Source: Schmidtea nova (Eukaryota). From it: a stretch of DNA of 64,000 bases. This document shows positions 36,035 to 47,200 of this stretch, piece by piece (positions within the stretch are counted from its first letter, which is position 1; each line of letters begins with the position of its first letter). The stretch lies in contig CM097883.1 of NCBI GenBank assembly GCA_044892505.1, positions 232,376,001-232,440,000 of the forward strand, in the 5' to 3' direction. The notes beneath the pieces were generated by a model. That model was given only the letters and a program-made list of their open reading frames with translations, was not told the origin of the DNA and made no database searches. The position numbers were made by a program, and so were the translations under genes.

Positions 36035-37737
36035 CTGTAAAATCCCGAGTATAAGCTGCAGCTAATACGTACATTAAGGCAACATTTCTGAATTGCAGCT
36101 AATATGATGTGCAGCTTATACAACTAAAAAAGAAATCAAATCGAAGATAAGATTATTTATTTCAATTTTCATCATCACACTCCTCAAAACCATCACATTT
36201 TTCATTGTCAATAAAAGTGAAATTTTCTAGTAATTCTACAATGTTTGGATCAGACTCGTTCACATTCATTTCATTTTCTTCAATTTCAAGAACAATGTTC
36301 GTCTTCACCGAATGCAACACAAAAACCATTCAAAATGGTGGAAATGTTAACATCTTCCCAAGAGGAAACAATCCATTCGAAAAAAGTATTCCAGTCAGCT
36401 GCTTTCATATTTCCGGACTTAGTATGTTTGATGTTTTCATAATCTTTAATGATCCAATCCTTCCACTTCTTGCGCAATTTTGACTTGAACGAAAGGTTAA
36501 CAGTAAGATCTAATGGCTGCACCTTTGATGTCAATCCGGCAGGTATGAAAGCTACTTTGGATTCCTTCTTAATTTTATCAAGTGTAGTACTGACAAGATG
36601 TGAGATATGCATATCAAATAAAAGCAATGATGGTACTTTTGGATCTTGGTTCCATGGTGTCTTTGGAGGTAATGTAATTCGACTCTTCCATACTTTCTTG
36701 AGCCATATCTCAAGAGTTTCATGGTTCATCCAACCAGAGCCATTAGCTGCAATAACAAGCTTTGATTCAGGAATGCAAGTCTTTGGATGTTTCTTTGTGC
36801 CCAAAATAACAAAAGGCGGAAGTTTAGTACCATCTTTGAGAACACATAGATTGACGGTAAATCGTTTTTTCTCATGTCCTGTAGTTTTAATTCGGACCTC
36901 CTTGGCACCTTTAGTCTCAATTGTGTACCCTAAAGGCATGTCACATTGAACGGACACTTCATCAAAATTACCAATTTGATTATCTGGCAAATCCTTCTTT
37001 AAATCTGCGATGGTGCTTCTAAACTTGGCCATCTGAAATTCCCAATCTTTCGGTAATTGTTGCTTCGTGGTAGGCCGTCGAACAAAAATATTCTTGCGTT
37101 TCATGAAATTATCAGTCCATTGAGAGCTCGCGACAAATCCTTCAATTTTCATCTCTTTGGCAATTACTTGTGCCTGTAAACGAATTCGAACAACCGACAC
37201 TTGAAGATCTCGTTCACGTTGAATTAGGATCCATTCGTGTAATTTCGTTTCCAATTCCGGATATCTAGCGTTACCACCACGCAATGATCTTCGATTTGGA
37301 TTCATTGCTTTGATAACAGACTCTTGGGCGATCCATCGTCGAATAACAGTTTTATTAATATCATATCGTCTTGCAACCTCCCGTATGTTTCCTAACTGAC
37401 GAGCTAATTCAATAACTTCTTTTTTCTTTGCTGAACTAAAAGATCTTCGTTGTTTCTTTTGTTTTTGTTCCAAATCGTTATCCATTTTAATCAAGGATTC
37501 AAAAAGTGCAATAAACAATATAAACGATATAAACGATTAAAACAAAATTGTTATTGTTTTTTTAATGATATTTGATATGTGTTTTTTAATGATAGGTTGC
37601 TGATTTTAAAATCAGGAGTTTCCAACGCAAATGGTGCAGCTAATACGTGCTGTGGTTTATACGACTAAAAAATACATTTTTATAAAAATGTCATCTGCAG
37701 CTAATACGCGCTGCAGCTTATACTCGGGATTTTACAG
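36035..37737 (-). mobile_element. pogo/Tigger DNA transposon, complete ends
   Basis: 28-bp perfect TIR ctgtaaaatcccgagtataagctgcagc; TA duplications at 36033-34 and 37738-39. Excision restores the env frame (FNTNYTPN). Confidence 0.95.
36286..37518 (-). CDS. pogo/Tigger transposase (CENP-B-like HTH, HTH_Tc5, DDE_1)
   Basis: RRSFSSAKKKEVIELA HTH; YPELETKLHEWI; FVASSQWTDNFMKR; catalytic NFDE, LLFD..SH, QPLD. The acidic tail appears to continue in a shifted frame. Confidence 0.92.
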   Translation of the reverse strand: MFIALFESLIKMDNDLEQKQKKQRRSFSSAKKKEVIELARQLGNIREVARRYDINKTVIRRWIAQESVIKAMNPNRRSLRGGNARYPELETKLHEWILIQRERDLQVSVVRIRLQAQVIAKEMKIEGFVASSQWTDNFMKRKNIFVRRPTTKQQLPKDWEFQMAKFRSTIADLKKDLPDNQIGNFDEVSVQCDMPLGYTIETKGAKEVRIKTTGHEKKRFTVNLCVLKDGTKLPPFVILGTKKHPKTCIPESKLVIAANGSGWMNHETLEIWLKKVWKSRITLPPKTPWNQDPKVPSLLLFDMHISHLVSTTLDKIKKESKVAFIPAGLTSKVQPLDLTVNLSFKSKLRKKWKDWIIKDYENIKHTKSGNMKAADWNTFFEWIVSSWEDVNISTILNGFCVAFGEDEHCS

Positions 37738-39269
37738 TAATTATACCCCAAATATAACAGTTGGATCAACGCCGGTATGGATGAAGAAAACAGCAAAGGT
37801 TTTGTTGTCGACCATGCCAACAGATAGCATGCGCTTCATAAAAAAAGAAAGCACCAGTAAATGTGGTCAAATGGTATATACAACAAATTATAAAGGCGTT
37901 TATGTGTCCAAAATGATGGTGCACAAAGCTTAAACTAGAATACCTTCGACACGTATAAAATTAACTCACTACTTTTATAATAAAATTGATTTTTTGTTTC
38001 ATTTTAGCCAGAACGTCATGGAGAATATATATCAGGAAATGATCCTTATTGATTGTAAATTAAATAAAGAGATATTCCGAAATCGGATGGCAATGGCAAT
38101 TACAAACACAAATTTAGTTGCGCCTATGTTGATATCAGAAAATAGACTATTTGCTAGAATCTTAGGAGAAGCTTTGTATATCTACAGATACAAAGAAGTA
38201 ACAGTAAAAATAATGAAATATGAAAAAAGCACAAACGAATTACCAGTGAGTATGAACGGAAAAATGCGGTTTATGGAACCAATAACCAGGATACCATTGG
38301 AGGAGCACGTTAAACCAAATGTTTTTCAATGCAATAGGCTACTTGCTCCATTATACCGATTAGCACTAGATCATTGGATTGCGTTACCAGGTCACCGAGG
38401 AGTGAATACACCAGATAAATTAGAATTGATCACTCTAGAATGCTTGACAAATTTCATCATTAAATAAAATGGCACAAATGGGTTTTTATGCAAGTGATGA
38501 TATTGAAGAAGCCCAAAGGAATTTATTATTCTCTTCAAAGAAAGAGAGAATAATTTCAGAAATGATTGACACCATATTACCAAACGGAGAGGATAAAGTA
38601 AATTATGAATATTTATTATCACCTTATCATTTCAAAAGAGCCAAGTACAAAACGATGGAAAAGATTTGGGGGAAATTCATGTTCCTAGGATAAGCGTGTG
38701 CTGATTTAATTGGAATTTTTGTGGTCGCAGTAGCGTTAAGGGTAATTATATCTCAAGTACTATCTGCTCATAGAATATACGTAATATCGGGATGGTCATG
38801 GAAAATGATCATTAGTTGCATTCCATTTTTGGCAAAATGTTTTATTACACATCATCAATATAAAGAAATGGCAAGTGTGAAAGCACAATTGAAAACGATC
38901 AAAAGTGCTAAAAATCCTTATGTGAATTTGGTGACAGAAATAATAACAACAAGGATGGTAATGACAATAATAAAATTGAATCAAAACACTTTCAAAAAAC
39001 AAGAGTTGAAAGCGAAATAAAGCCAGAATCAACATTTTTACTTGAACCAATACCAAAGCTGAGTGGGATTGATACTTTTACAAAGTGGTATACACCAACA
39101 TTTGTATTAACAGCACCCATGTATCCAAGTGAAAGATTAAAGGAGATTAAACCAGTAGGTCACAGCAATTTTTATTAGAAAATATTGTGCCAACGAGTGC
39201 GGAAATTGAACGAAAAAACGTACTTGGACTACCATGTAGTTATGCGCTGATGACCATGGTGGAGAAGCC

Positions 39270-39365
39270 AAGCAACCTCGGATAAATATACAGTTTAATG
39301 AAAGAACTGTCGAAGCCTTGTTGGATTCAGGTTCAAGTCACAAAATAGTGTCGGACAAAATGTTA
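39270..39365 (+). pseudogene. Element 2 aspartic protease, N-terminal half
   Basis: PRINIQFNERTVEALLDSGSSHKIVSDKML. Confidence 0.85.
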
Positions 39366-39427
39366 AAGCGTAACTGTGGTGGGGGTTTTATTTTGTCGGG
39401 CGGGCATGTCGGAGTGTATGGGAAAAG

Positions 39428-39817
39428 TTGAAAATTGTTCATAATAGCGATATAGATTATGAAGAACTGATAATCAAGTCTGTAGATGAATTGGATACTT
39501 TAATCAATACTGATTGCAACGAAAAGCCTTCTCAATGTTCAAATTGTGAAACAGTTTTAAATAACTCATTTGAACTTTTAGTTCATTCATATACTCATGT
39601 TGAACATAGTAAAGAAAATGAATTGTTTCAAATTTGCCCCAACTGTAGTAGATTATTTTTCAAAAAGAAAAAAAACAGTAAAAGCTATTTCAAAGATCAT
39701 TATAATTCTGAACATCTTAAAAAGTCACCTCCTCAATATGATGCGGAATGGATGGAAAACTGCTATGACTTTTCGCAAGAGGATTCACAAAATTCTTGGT
39801 CTCCAATTAATAAATAA
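39428..39817 (+). pseudogene. C2H2 zinc-finger protein fragment (host-like DNA inside element 2)
   Basis: CSNC-x12-HSYTH canonical finger plus a degenerate CPNC...HYNSEH finger. Confidence 0.65.
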
Positions 39818-40347
39818 AAACATTAATTGAAATCTATCTTTTGTTTGTTAGTTTGATTTCGTTAGTATTTCGTAATTGAATATGTGATTTCGAATACAAT
39901 GTAAAGCATCTTGATATATAAAAAACAGCTCATGTGCATGTTTGTAATTTCTATTAGAATAGTTATGTACATGATGATAAATATTGCTTTAAGTACGCGC
40001 GACTCGTTGTGTCTTGACATTAGTTTTCGATATTTTATCATTCTACAACTTTTGTATTGAAGCAGATTATATGTAATTTTGATTTTGCAAATATGTTTAA
40101 ATGTCGCTATTAAATAACTCTGTACAATTTTTTTATTATGATTTGTTGATAAAAAATATTTACATTATAAAAGATATATTAGATATTAATTATCGAATTT
40201 TTTTAATTATGAAGGTTGTTTATATATTCAAGAATTGTAAAGGAGTTGTTTTTAAAAAATATAATTTTTGAAATTGGTTAATGATAGTTAAATGGTTTTA
40301 AAGAAAGTACTGTTTGATAAATTACGTTTATTTCACAATTACCGAAT

Positions 40348-40605
40348 ATGGATGTACAATCAAATTCCTATGTCAGCAATTTCTTAATAACATGTTATTC
40401 TTTACTAAATAATTATTCATCATTTTACGAAGATAAATTGACAAAACTAGAAGATGATGAAATGTTTTTGATCGCACAGTTAAATGCAATCGAAACTAAA
40501 TTAGAATCGGCAGATAGATTAAAGAGCGATAATATAGTTCCTACTGTAACTAAAGAGGAAGTCACCAAAGAAACGATTAACCTGAAAGCGTACAAGTGGA
40601 AATAA
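40348..40605 (+). pseudogene. WASHC3: WASH complex subunit 3 (CCDC53)-like 5' fragment, apparently continuing at 44186-44254
   Basis: YVSNFLITCYSLLNNYSSFYEDKLTKL...LNAIETKLES resembles CCDC53 FLNQF...FLNRFS..CEEKL..L...LNILDAKLSS. Downstream ISKHPKDKKHF resembles KDPRYARY. Confidence 0.6.
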
Positions 40606-40618
40606 TTCATAAGGGAGA

Positions 40619-40727
40619 TGTGAGATAATAAGACAATTTAAATATTTATTCAGTCAATAAATCTACTTATTTAAACAACTTTATTTTCTTTTATAAATCA
40701 TTATTTTAAATTATTCTTCTTTATACA
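40619..40727 (-). repeat. Element 3 3' LTR
   Basis: Identical to 44077-44185. Confidence 0.97.
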
Positions 40728-41611
40728 TCTCCCCGAGATTCTAACAAATCTTCATTCCTGTGCCTCAAGTCAGCTACATGACGCGGCATTGCCACGGTTC
40801 CGTAATCGACGATTGCTTTATGCGGAGACAGCAGCTTCATGATTCTTCCTCTCATCCAGGAAGATGTACATGGTTGATTTTGCGCGGGTTTCACCCACAC
40901 CTTGTCGTTAATCTGAAAGCCATTGTCTATTTGTTGAGCCGTTCTTTTCGTTTCATTAAATCGAAGTCTTAGGTCATAAGCGTAAATGCCTTTTATCGGA
41001 GGTCTGGAAGAACCATTTACTGGTGTATTATTGTACCAGTAAATTGCTTCTTGCACTGAGCATTCCGATCGCGTGACTGCAGCTTTTATTGTTTTATGGT
41101 TCCTCTCAATAATGCCGTTGCCTGCTGGTCTATTAGCGGATCTGAATTCAGTTCTAATTCTCCACCTTTTCATTAGAGAAGTGAAAGTTTCTGACCTAAA
41201 CGATAAGTAATTGTCCAACAGAAGCTCGTCAGGAGGTCCTCTTTCATAAAATACCTGTTCCAACTGTTTGCAAATTTCGTCTGCGCTTTCGTTTCGTATT
41301 TCTCGCCAAATCGCAAATCGAGAAGGCCCGCAATCTATGATTGTTAAAAATTTTCTTTGATGTAATTTAGTCACATCGATAGCTAATCGTTTCCAAGAAT
41401 CTTTTACCTCTAATTGCCCTTTGCTGATCTTAACCGGATGAGGGTCTATTGATTGACATTTGTCACACTTTTCGACTATCTCTTTTAACTCATTTTGAGA
41501 AAGGTTAATTCCTGCTTCCTCGGTCAAGAACCTCAACCGATCTCCTCCGAAATGGCTTAATTTGTGTATTTCAACTGCGTTCTTGATGGGATCTTCACCC
41601 GGGTCTAGCAA
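40721..41611 (-). CDS. Element 3 integrase (in frame with RT/RH but behind one TGA at 41639-41)
   Basis: HKLSHFG...CDKC zinc-binding motif; LAIDV, LLLDN, GIIERNH catalytic DDE; stop lies inside the 3' LTR. Confidence 0.9.
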   Translation of the reverse strand: MLDPGEDPIKNAVEIHKLSHFGGDRLRFLTEEAGINLSQNELKEIVEKCDKCQSIDPHPVKISKGQLEVKDSWKRLAIDVTKLHQRKFLTIIDCGPSRFAIWREIRNESADEICKQLEQVFYERGPPDELLLDNYLSFRSETFTSLMKRWRIRTEFRSANRPAGNGIIERNHKTIKAAVTRSECSVQEAIYWYNNTPVNGSSRPPIKGIYAYDLRLRFNETKRTAQQIDNGFQINDKVWVKPAQNQPCTSSWMRGRIMKLLSPHKAIVDYGTVAMPRHVADLRHRNEDLLESRGDV

Positions 41612-41638
41612 CGCCGTATTACACGTATGTTTCGTAAT

Positions 41639-43399
41639 TCAATTTGAGGGAATTCTGGTTAATATGTCGGATTTATTTTTGTCTGTTGGAACGTATTCTA
41701 TTTCAGCCTTTATCTCATATTCAATAATTAATTCTTTAATTATGTTGAGCCTTCTTTTTACTAACATTTCTGAGGAAGCTTTAGTTGAAACCTTTCTCTC
41801 GGATGTCAAGGCATTATGTACCCAACTTACCACGGATTTGTTATCCGACATGATCTTAACAGTCTTTAAATTCCATTTGATGCATAAGTTGATGCCTTTA
41901 ACGATCGCCTCAAGTTCGCACAGGTTAATGTGCCTAACGTCCTTCTCCTTTCTCAACCAGCATGCGTCTTCCATAATATTTCCGTCGATTTCTAGCGCTG
42001 CTCCTATGGCGATAGAGCTGGCATCACACCATAAAATATTTCCTCTGTCCATTGGTGCTTTCCATATACCATGAGCTGGATCATTCTTTTCAACCTCCTT
42101 TATTAACCATTTAACTTTGTTTAGTAATTGAACGTCGATTGGCCGGTCCCATTCTCCTTCGCTTAATCGTTTGAGATAAGAGCACGCGGGTCGTAACCAA
42201 CCTGCAACTGGAAGAATTCCGGTTAATTGACCGCATAACGAATACAGTTCTCGTCTGTCCATTCTCTTTTCTTCAAATTCGTACCGGATGACATTGGCTC
42301 GGTTCCATTTTAATAAGTTATCCTCAATATGAACTGATAATCCAAGTATTCTTAGAGCTTTTGTTGATGAGGGGCGTTCAATTTCTTTCGTCATCAAGTT
42401 AAATTTTCCTAGCCAGGCTTTTACTTCTTCAGCTGGGACAACTTCTTCGTCGATAAAAATATCGTCAATGTACGCACTGGCTCCTTGTTTTATTCTGTCA
42501 TTTAAACCCAACACGTAGTTAACGATCTCTGTCATAATACTGGGAGCGATATTGATTCCGAAGCCTAGTCTTGTCAATGCATATCGCCTTCCGTTTACAA
42601 TGCATGACTGGTACTTCCACATACTCTCATCAACCCGGATTTGCATGTATGCATCAGATAAATCCAAAATCGCTATTTTCTTTCCCTTCTTTCTCCAATC
42701 TCTTATTGTTTCATTGCAAACTACTGCTTCTCCACTATAGACGTCTAAATAATGATTTAAAGCTCTAAAATCGAACACTGGCCGTATTTTGCTCTTGTTC
42801 TTTTGCATAACCGGAAATAAAGTTACTGCTCCAACAGGCTTACCGAACCGGTTTTCGTCATATTCGACTAACCATCCATTTTTGACCCACTGCTCGATGA
42901 CTTTGAGAGCCTGGCCTGCTTTGGGCTTATCTGGATCTAACTTGGAATATCGATCTGACATTGATACTGGGGGTTCTGTGTTCCAATTCCATGATACCAT
43001 CCATTCTTTGTTGAACGTTGCTTCGAAGTTCTTCCTTTGAATTAAAAAACTCTGAGCTTCGTTTCCGTTTACAGCCATAAAACATTTCAATTCACATCCG
43101 AATCTGACGTCTTCACTGATTGTCACTCCTCCTAGTGCTATAATGGCGTTCATACCTAATATGACATCATATCCCGCTATCATTTTTCTAGAAATAAAAC
43201 AGTCAATGATAAAGTACTTTCCTTCTAATTCGATTTCTGCCTTGCTCTGGCTCACTGGCAGTATTGATCCATCTGCTAGGAACACTTGAGCGTTGGGTGA
43301 TGTGATGGCTTCTCCGCGTATAATTGTTGTCGAGCAGCCGGAATCTATAAGACAAAGACGTTTTGATCCATTTATGGAAAGGAGTCTTTCTTTTAACAT
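41639..43399 (-). CDS. Element 3 protease-RT-RNase H
   Basis: LIDSGC; RPVFDFRALN; LDLSDAYMQI; RLGFG; YIDD; WCDASSIAIG; ELEA; SDN. Confidence 0.95.
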   Translation of the reverse strand: MLKERLLSINGSKRLCLIDSGCSTTIIRGEAITSPNAQVFLADGSILPVSQSKAEIELEGKYFIIDCFISRKMIAGYDVILGMNAIIALGGVTISEDVRFGCELKCFMAVNGNEAQSFLIQRKNFEATFNKEWMVSWNWNTEPPVSMSDRYSKLDPDKPKAGQALKVIEQWVKNGWLVEYDENRFGKPVGAVTLFPVMQKNKSKIRPVFDFRALNHYLDVYSGEAVVCNETIRDWRKKGKKIAILDLSDAYMQIRVDESMWKYQSCIVNGRRYALTRLGFGINIAPSIMTEIVNYVLGLNDRIKQGASAYIDDIFIDEEVVPAEEVKAWLGKFNLMTKEIERPSSTKALRILGLSVHIEDNLLKWNRANVIRYEFEEKRMDRRELYSLCGQLTGILPVAGWLRPACSYLKRLSEGEWDRPIDVQLLNKVKWLIKEVEKNDPAHGIWKAPMDRGNILWCDASSIAIGAALEIDGNIMEDACWLRKEKDVRHINLCELEAIVKGINLCIKWNLKTVKIMSDNKSVVSWVHNALTSERKVSTKASSEMLVKRRLNIIKELIIEYEIKAEIEYVPTDKNKSDILTRIPSN

Positions 43400-44064
43400 C
43401 TTTTTGGGATCGAGAGAGACTCCTGAATATTCTCGATCCCGTTGTCTTTTCCCGATTTACAATATCGGGATTGGTGTCCAAGCATTTCACACCTAGAACA
43501 TTGAATTTTTTTCTTGTTCGGACAGTTACGGGCAAAATGATTTTCATTACAAATATAACATTGCATCTTCTTTATCTTCGCCACAAAGGCAGACTGATGT
43601 CCATGAGTTAGATTCAGTCGTGAAACGATGTCACCGATTGCGTCGATCGTCGTTGATCCTTGTCGTCTCACCTCAGCTGCGATTTCTACTGGCAAGGATT
43701 TGATTATAATGTTTATTAAGAGATCTCCAGCGTTACAAGCCAGATTCTTCATTTCTGATAAATGAATGTTAATATTGTCCCCGATCTGGAATCTCTTGTT
43801 TAACAACTTGGAAAAACATGCTTCTGGGGGATCGCTGAAAGCTCGTATCAATGATATTTTAATTTCTTCATAACTAATATCTTCGTTTTTCGCTGCTTCC
43901 TTCAAGGTGATAAATGCCTTCCCCTTCATGACAGCAGGTAAAATTTCTTTTTTTCCATTGAATTTGTGAAGCTTGCATATTAATTCAAACTTATCGAACC
44001 ATTCATCGATTTTCACGGTTTCGCCGTCAAAACATTCGATTGCATTCAATATATCTTTTATCAT
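43393..44064 (-). CDS. Element 3 Gag
   Basis: FDGETVKIDEWFDKFELIC; knuckles CYICNENHFARNC and CSRCEMLGHQSRYC; ATG immediately after the PBS. Confidence 0.92.
   Translation of the reverse strand: MIKDILNAIECFDGETVKIDEWFDKFELICKLHKFNGKKEILPAVMKGKAFITLKEAAKNEDISYEEIKISLIRAFSDPPEACFSKLLNKRFQIGDNINIHLSEMKNLACNAGDLLINIIIKSLPVEIAAEVRRQGSTTIDAIGDIVSRLNLTHGHQSAFVAKIKKMQCYICNENHFARNCPNKKKIQCSRCEMLGHQSRYCKSGKDNGIENIQESLSIPKRC
43402..43408 (-). promoter_or_regulatory. -1 ribosomal frameshift heptamer C_CCA_AAA
   Basis: Correctly phased X_XXY_YYZ in the gag frame two codons before the stop; the -1 frame enters pol (PKKMLKER). Confidence 0.75.
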
Positions 44065-44076
44065 GCCCGGATAGCT
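44065..44076 (-). promoter_or_regulatory. Atypical PBS AGCTATCCGGGC, complementary to nt 1-12 of tRNA-Lys(UUU)
   Basis: Plus strand reads GCCCGGATAGCT, the known 5' end of metazoan tRNA-Lys3. It abuts the LTR CA and there is no TGG-type PBS. Confidence 0.75.
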
Positions 44077-44185
44077 TGTGAGATAATAAGACAATTTAAA
44101 TATTTATTCAGTCAATAAATCTACTTATTTAAACAACTTTATTTTCTTTTATAAATCATTATTTTAAATTATTCTTCTTTATACA
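44077..44185 (-). repeat. Element 3 5' LTR
   Basis: Identical to 40619-40727. Confidence 0.97.
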
Positions 44186-44254
44186 GGAGATTTAACAACA
44201 GACAATTTCATTGAAATTTCAAAGCATCCTAAGGATAAAAAACATTTTTATATA

Positions 44255-47200
44255 GAAAAATATGGAATTGATCCAAATTCTTTTGCAATAATAACCACCA
44301 AAGAAACCAACGGGTAAAAAGATCAGATCGATGTCACAAGACTGTTTAGATGTAATTGGAAAATTGGAAGCTAAATTAATTATCGGTGATAAATAAATAA
44401 TTCATAATGTAAGTGATAAGGAAACATTCCTTAATATGTTTAGTTGGTATGGATATTATGCGACAATTAAAAGGAATTGCTCTTGATCTAACTGTAGGAA
44501 AGTTAATAAAGGAATAACCCATAAAATTCCAAACAAATAGGTCTTTCTAAATCAAGCAGTGGAATTGCCAGCGAGAAGCGAAGTGATATGTTATGGTAAA
44601 GTAACAGATGCATCAAATGACGAATGTATATTCGAGCCAAATCAAAAGCTAGTAGAAAAATATGATATACTAATTTGTGATGAGATAGTAAAAATCAAGG
44701 ATCCAACTGTGCTAGCAAGAATAGCATATCATAGCTCAAAATCCATTCAAATAAAACCCAAAACTAAGTTGGGAAGGTAACAAAATTTAGAATAGAAAAG
44801 GACAGAAAAGTTACTGAGGAACATTAAAATCTATAAAAAATCCCAAGTTATTAGCAACGATTTAACTGAGGTACAAAAACGAGAATTCGCGGCGTTACTG
44901 AGAAGATACGACAACATGTTTGCAAGGCACGAATATGATTTGGGACTTACTCAAGTGATCGAACAAGAGATACCACTACTCGATGAAACTCCTATTAAAT
45001 TACGACCGTATAGAATTCCATATATACATCAAAAAGAAAGCTATCGATAAATCAAAGCAATAAAAGAATTTAAAATAATACGAGATAGTTCATCACCATT
45101 CTCATCGTCAATAGTCATTGTCAAAAAACTCGGTGATTTAAGATTTTTTGTTGACCACCGAAAATTAAATCAAGTCAGGAGAAAAGATGCTTTTCCAATT
45201 CCAGTTCCAGAAGAAATGTTTGATCAAATGGGTGAAGTGAAATTCTTCACAGTAATTTACCTAAATAAAGGATATAATCAGTTTATAGTAAAAGAAGAAG
45301 ATAGATGAAAAACAGCATTTTCAGACGACAAAGGTTTGTATGAATTCTATGTATTATCATTTGGCTTAACAAGAGCACCAGCCACGTTCCAAAGAGGTAT
45401 GAATTTTGTCTTGCGTGGCATTCCACATGCATTTGTTTATATTGATGACATAATAATATGTTCAAGTAGTTTTCAGGAACACTTAAAAGATGTAGAAACA
45501 TTATTCAAACGATTATTAGTGGCAAATTTGAAAATAAAACCCTCGAAATGCGAATGGGGTAAATCAGAAGTAATTTATGTTGGTCATATAATTTCACGCA
45601 ATGGATTACAACAAAACCCAGAAAATGTAGAGAAAATTAAAAATTGCCCAATTCCTAAAGATGTAGATCAAGTTCGACAATTTCTTGGGTTAGCTAGTTA
45701 TTAAAGAAAATTCACTAAAAATTTTCCACGTGGCACAACTTTTGAATATGCTATTAAAGAAACAAGCTCAATTTAAATAGGCAAAACCTCATAAGGAAGC
45801 ATTTGATTTGCTCAAAGAAAGTCTAATTAAAAAGCCGATTTTGAGATGCCCAAATTTTAAAATACCATTTATCTTAATGACGGACGCAAGTAATTTTGCT
45901 TTAGGGGCCGTACTAAGACAAAGGGTTGAAGGCAATAAAGATCACGTTATTGCCTATGCTAGTAGAACATTGAAACCCCATGATAAGAATTATTCTACCA
46001 TTGAAAAGGAGACGTTAGCACTAGTTTATTGAATAATCACATTCAGATAATATCTAATTGGTAGAAAATTTATTGTATTTACAGATCATAATCCAATACA
46101 ATGGCTCATGAAGAATTGAGATTCAGCAAGTAGGCTGATCAGGCGGTCAATTGCTCTACAGGAATACGATTTTTAAATTAAATATCGCACAGGTAAATCA
46201 AATGCAAATGTGGATACCTTATCGATAATTGCTGAAGAAAATTATAATAATCAGAATGAAACAAATTATAATGACACAATATTTATGGCAAATAAAACCG
46301 CAAAGAATATGAAGTAATTACAATATGATCAAGAAAATGATGATGAATTAAATCAAATACGGAAAATTGCAGTCACAATAAAAAAAGAGAGCGACTGGAA
46401 ACACATAGTTGATGAAAAGCATAAATATATTATCCATGACGGTCTGTTAAAATGTGTTAAAAATGAAAATTTGTTAATTATTTTTCCAACAAAACATCGA
46501 AAAGCATTATTGTTGTTATACCATGACGGGGCGTTAGAAGGACATTTATCAGCTCGAAAGACATTATCAAGATTGAAATTGAAATGTTATTGGGACACCA
46601 TGGAAAAAATTGTTAAACAATGGTGCCAATCCTGTGGCGTGTGTATGACCAGGCGAAATACAGGAAAGAAAATAAAAGTATCATTGAAGCTTATGCCTGG
46701 AACAGGTGCTCCAATGGAAATGACAGTAATGGACATTGTCGGTCCACTACCGGAAACAATTAATTAAGTATTGTTAGAAGCAATTAAATTCAACTCTTCT
46801 TCCATTATTATTTATTAAATTCTATCACAATTTCAAAATGTTCATGTTTAACTGTGAATATTAAAACACTGAGGCATTTGTAAGTCTAATATTAATGAGG
46901 ATATTGGCCATTAATATATATATATATATATATATAATTATATTAATATAAAATATATTAAATGTTACTCGTTAAATTAATTAATTAAATATTTTTTAAT
47001 TTAAAAGGAGTTTTGAAACTCCTTATAAGTATATCATTTTATATTGTGATTATCTAACTAAATGGCCAGAAACCTATGCAATGCAGAATCAAAAAGCAAA
47101 AACAGTTAAAACATATTTGTAGAAAATAAAATCTTTCGATATGGAGCACCAAAGAAGTTACTTACAGATAAAAGAAAAAACTTTCAAAGCGAGTTATTTA

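Larger units (their letters stand above)
35290..38830 (+). pseudogene. Element 2 chuvirus-type env (split by pogo insertion)
   Basis: Signal AIFMIIHLCAGIT*VTSINAYDCSK; YYVYQE; CEGEPY; DCKLNKEIFRNRMAMAITN..ILGEALYIYRY; C-terminal TM LIGIFVVAVALRVII...GWSWKMIISCI. Confidence 0.85.
40619..44185 (-). mobile_element. Element 3: compact, young Ty3/gypsy retrotransposon (3567 bp)
   Basis: Two identical 109-bp LTRs (TG...CA); 5-bp TSD GGAGA at 40614-18 and 44186-90; PPT GGGGAGA at 40728-34. Confidence 0.97.

Noticed and set aside
41639-41641. Non-standard genetic code (TGA = Trp)
   Set aside because: The 2257-codon ORF uses TGG for every Trp and has no in-frame TGA; other TGA codons occur in clearly decayed sequence.
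44065-44185. Tf1-like self-priming for element 3
   Set aside because: The AT-rich LTR contains no complement of the PBS.
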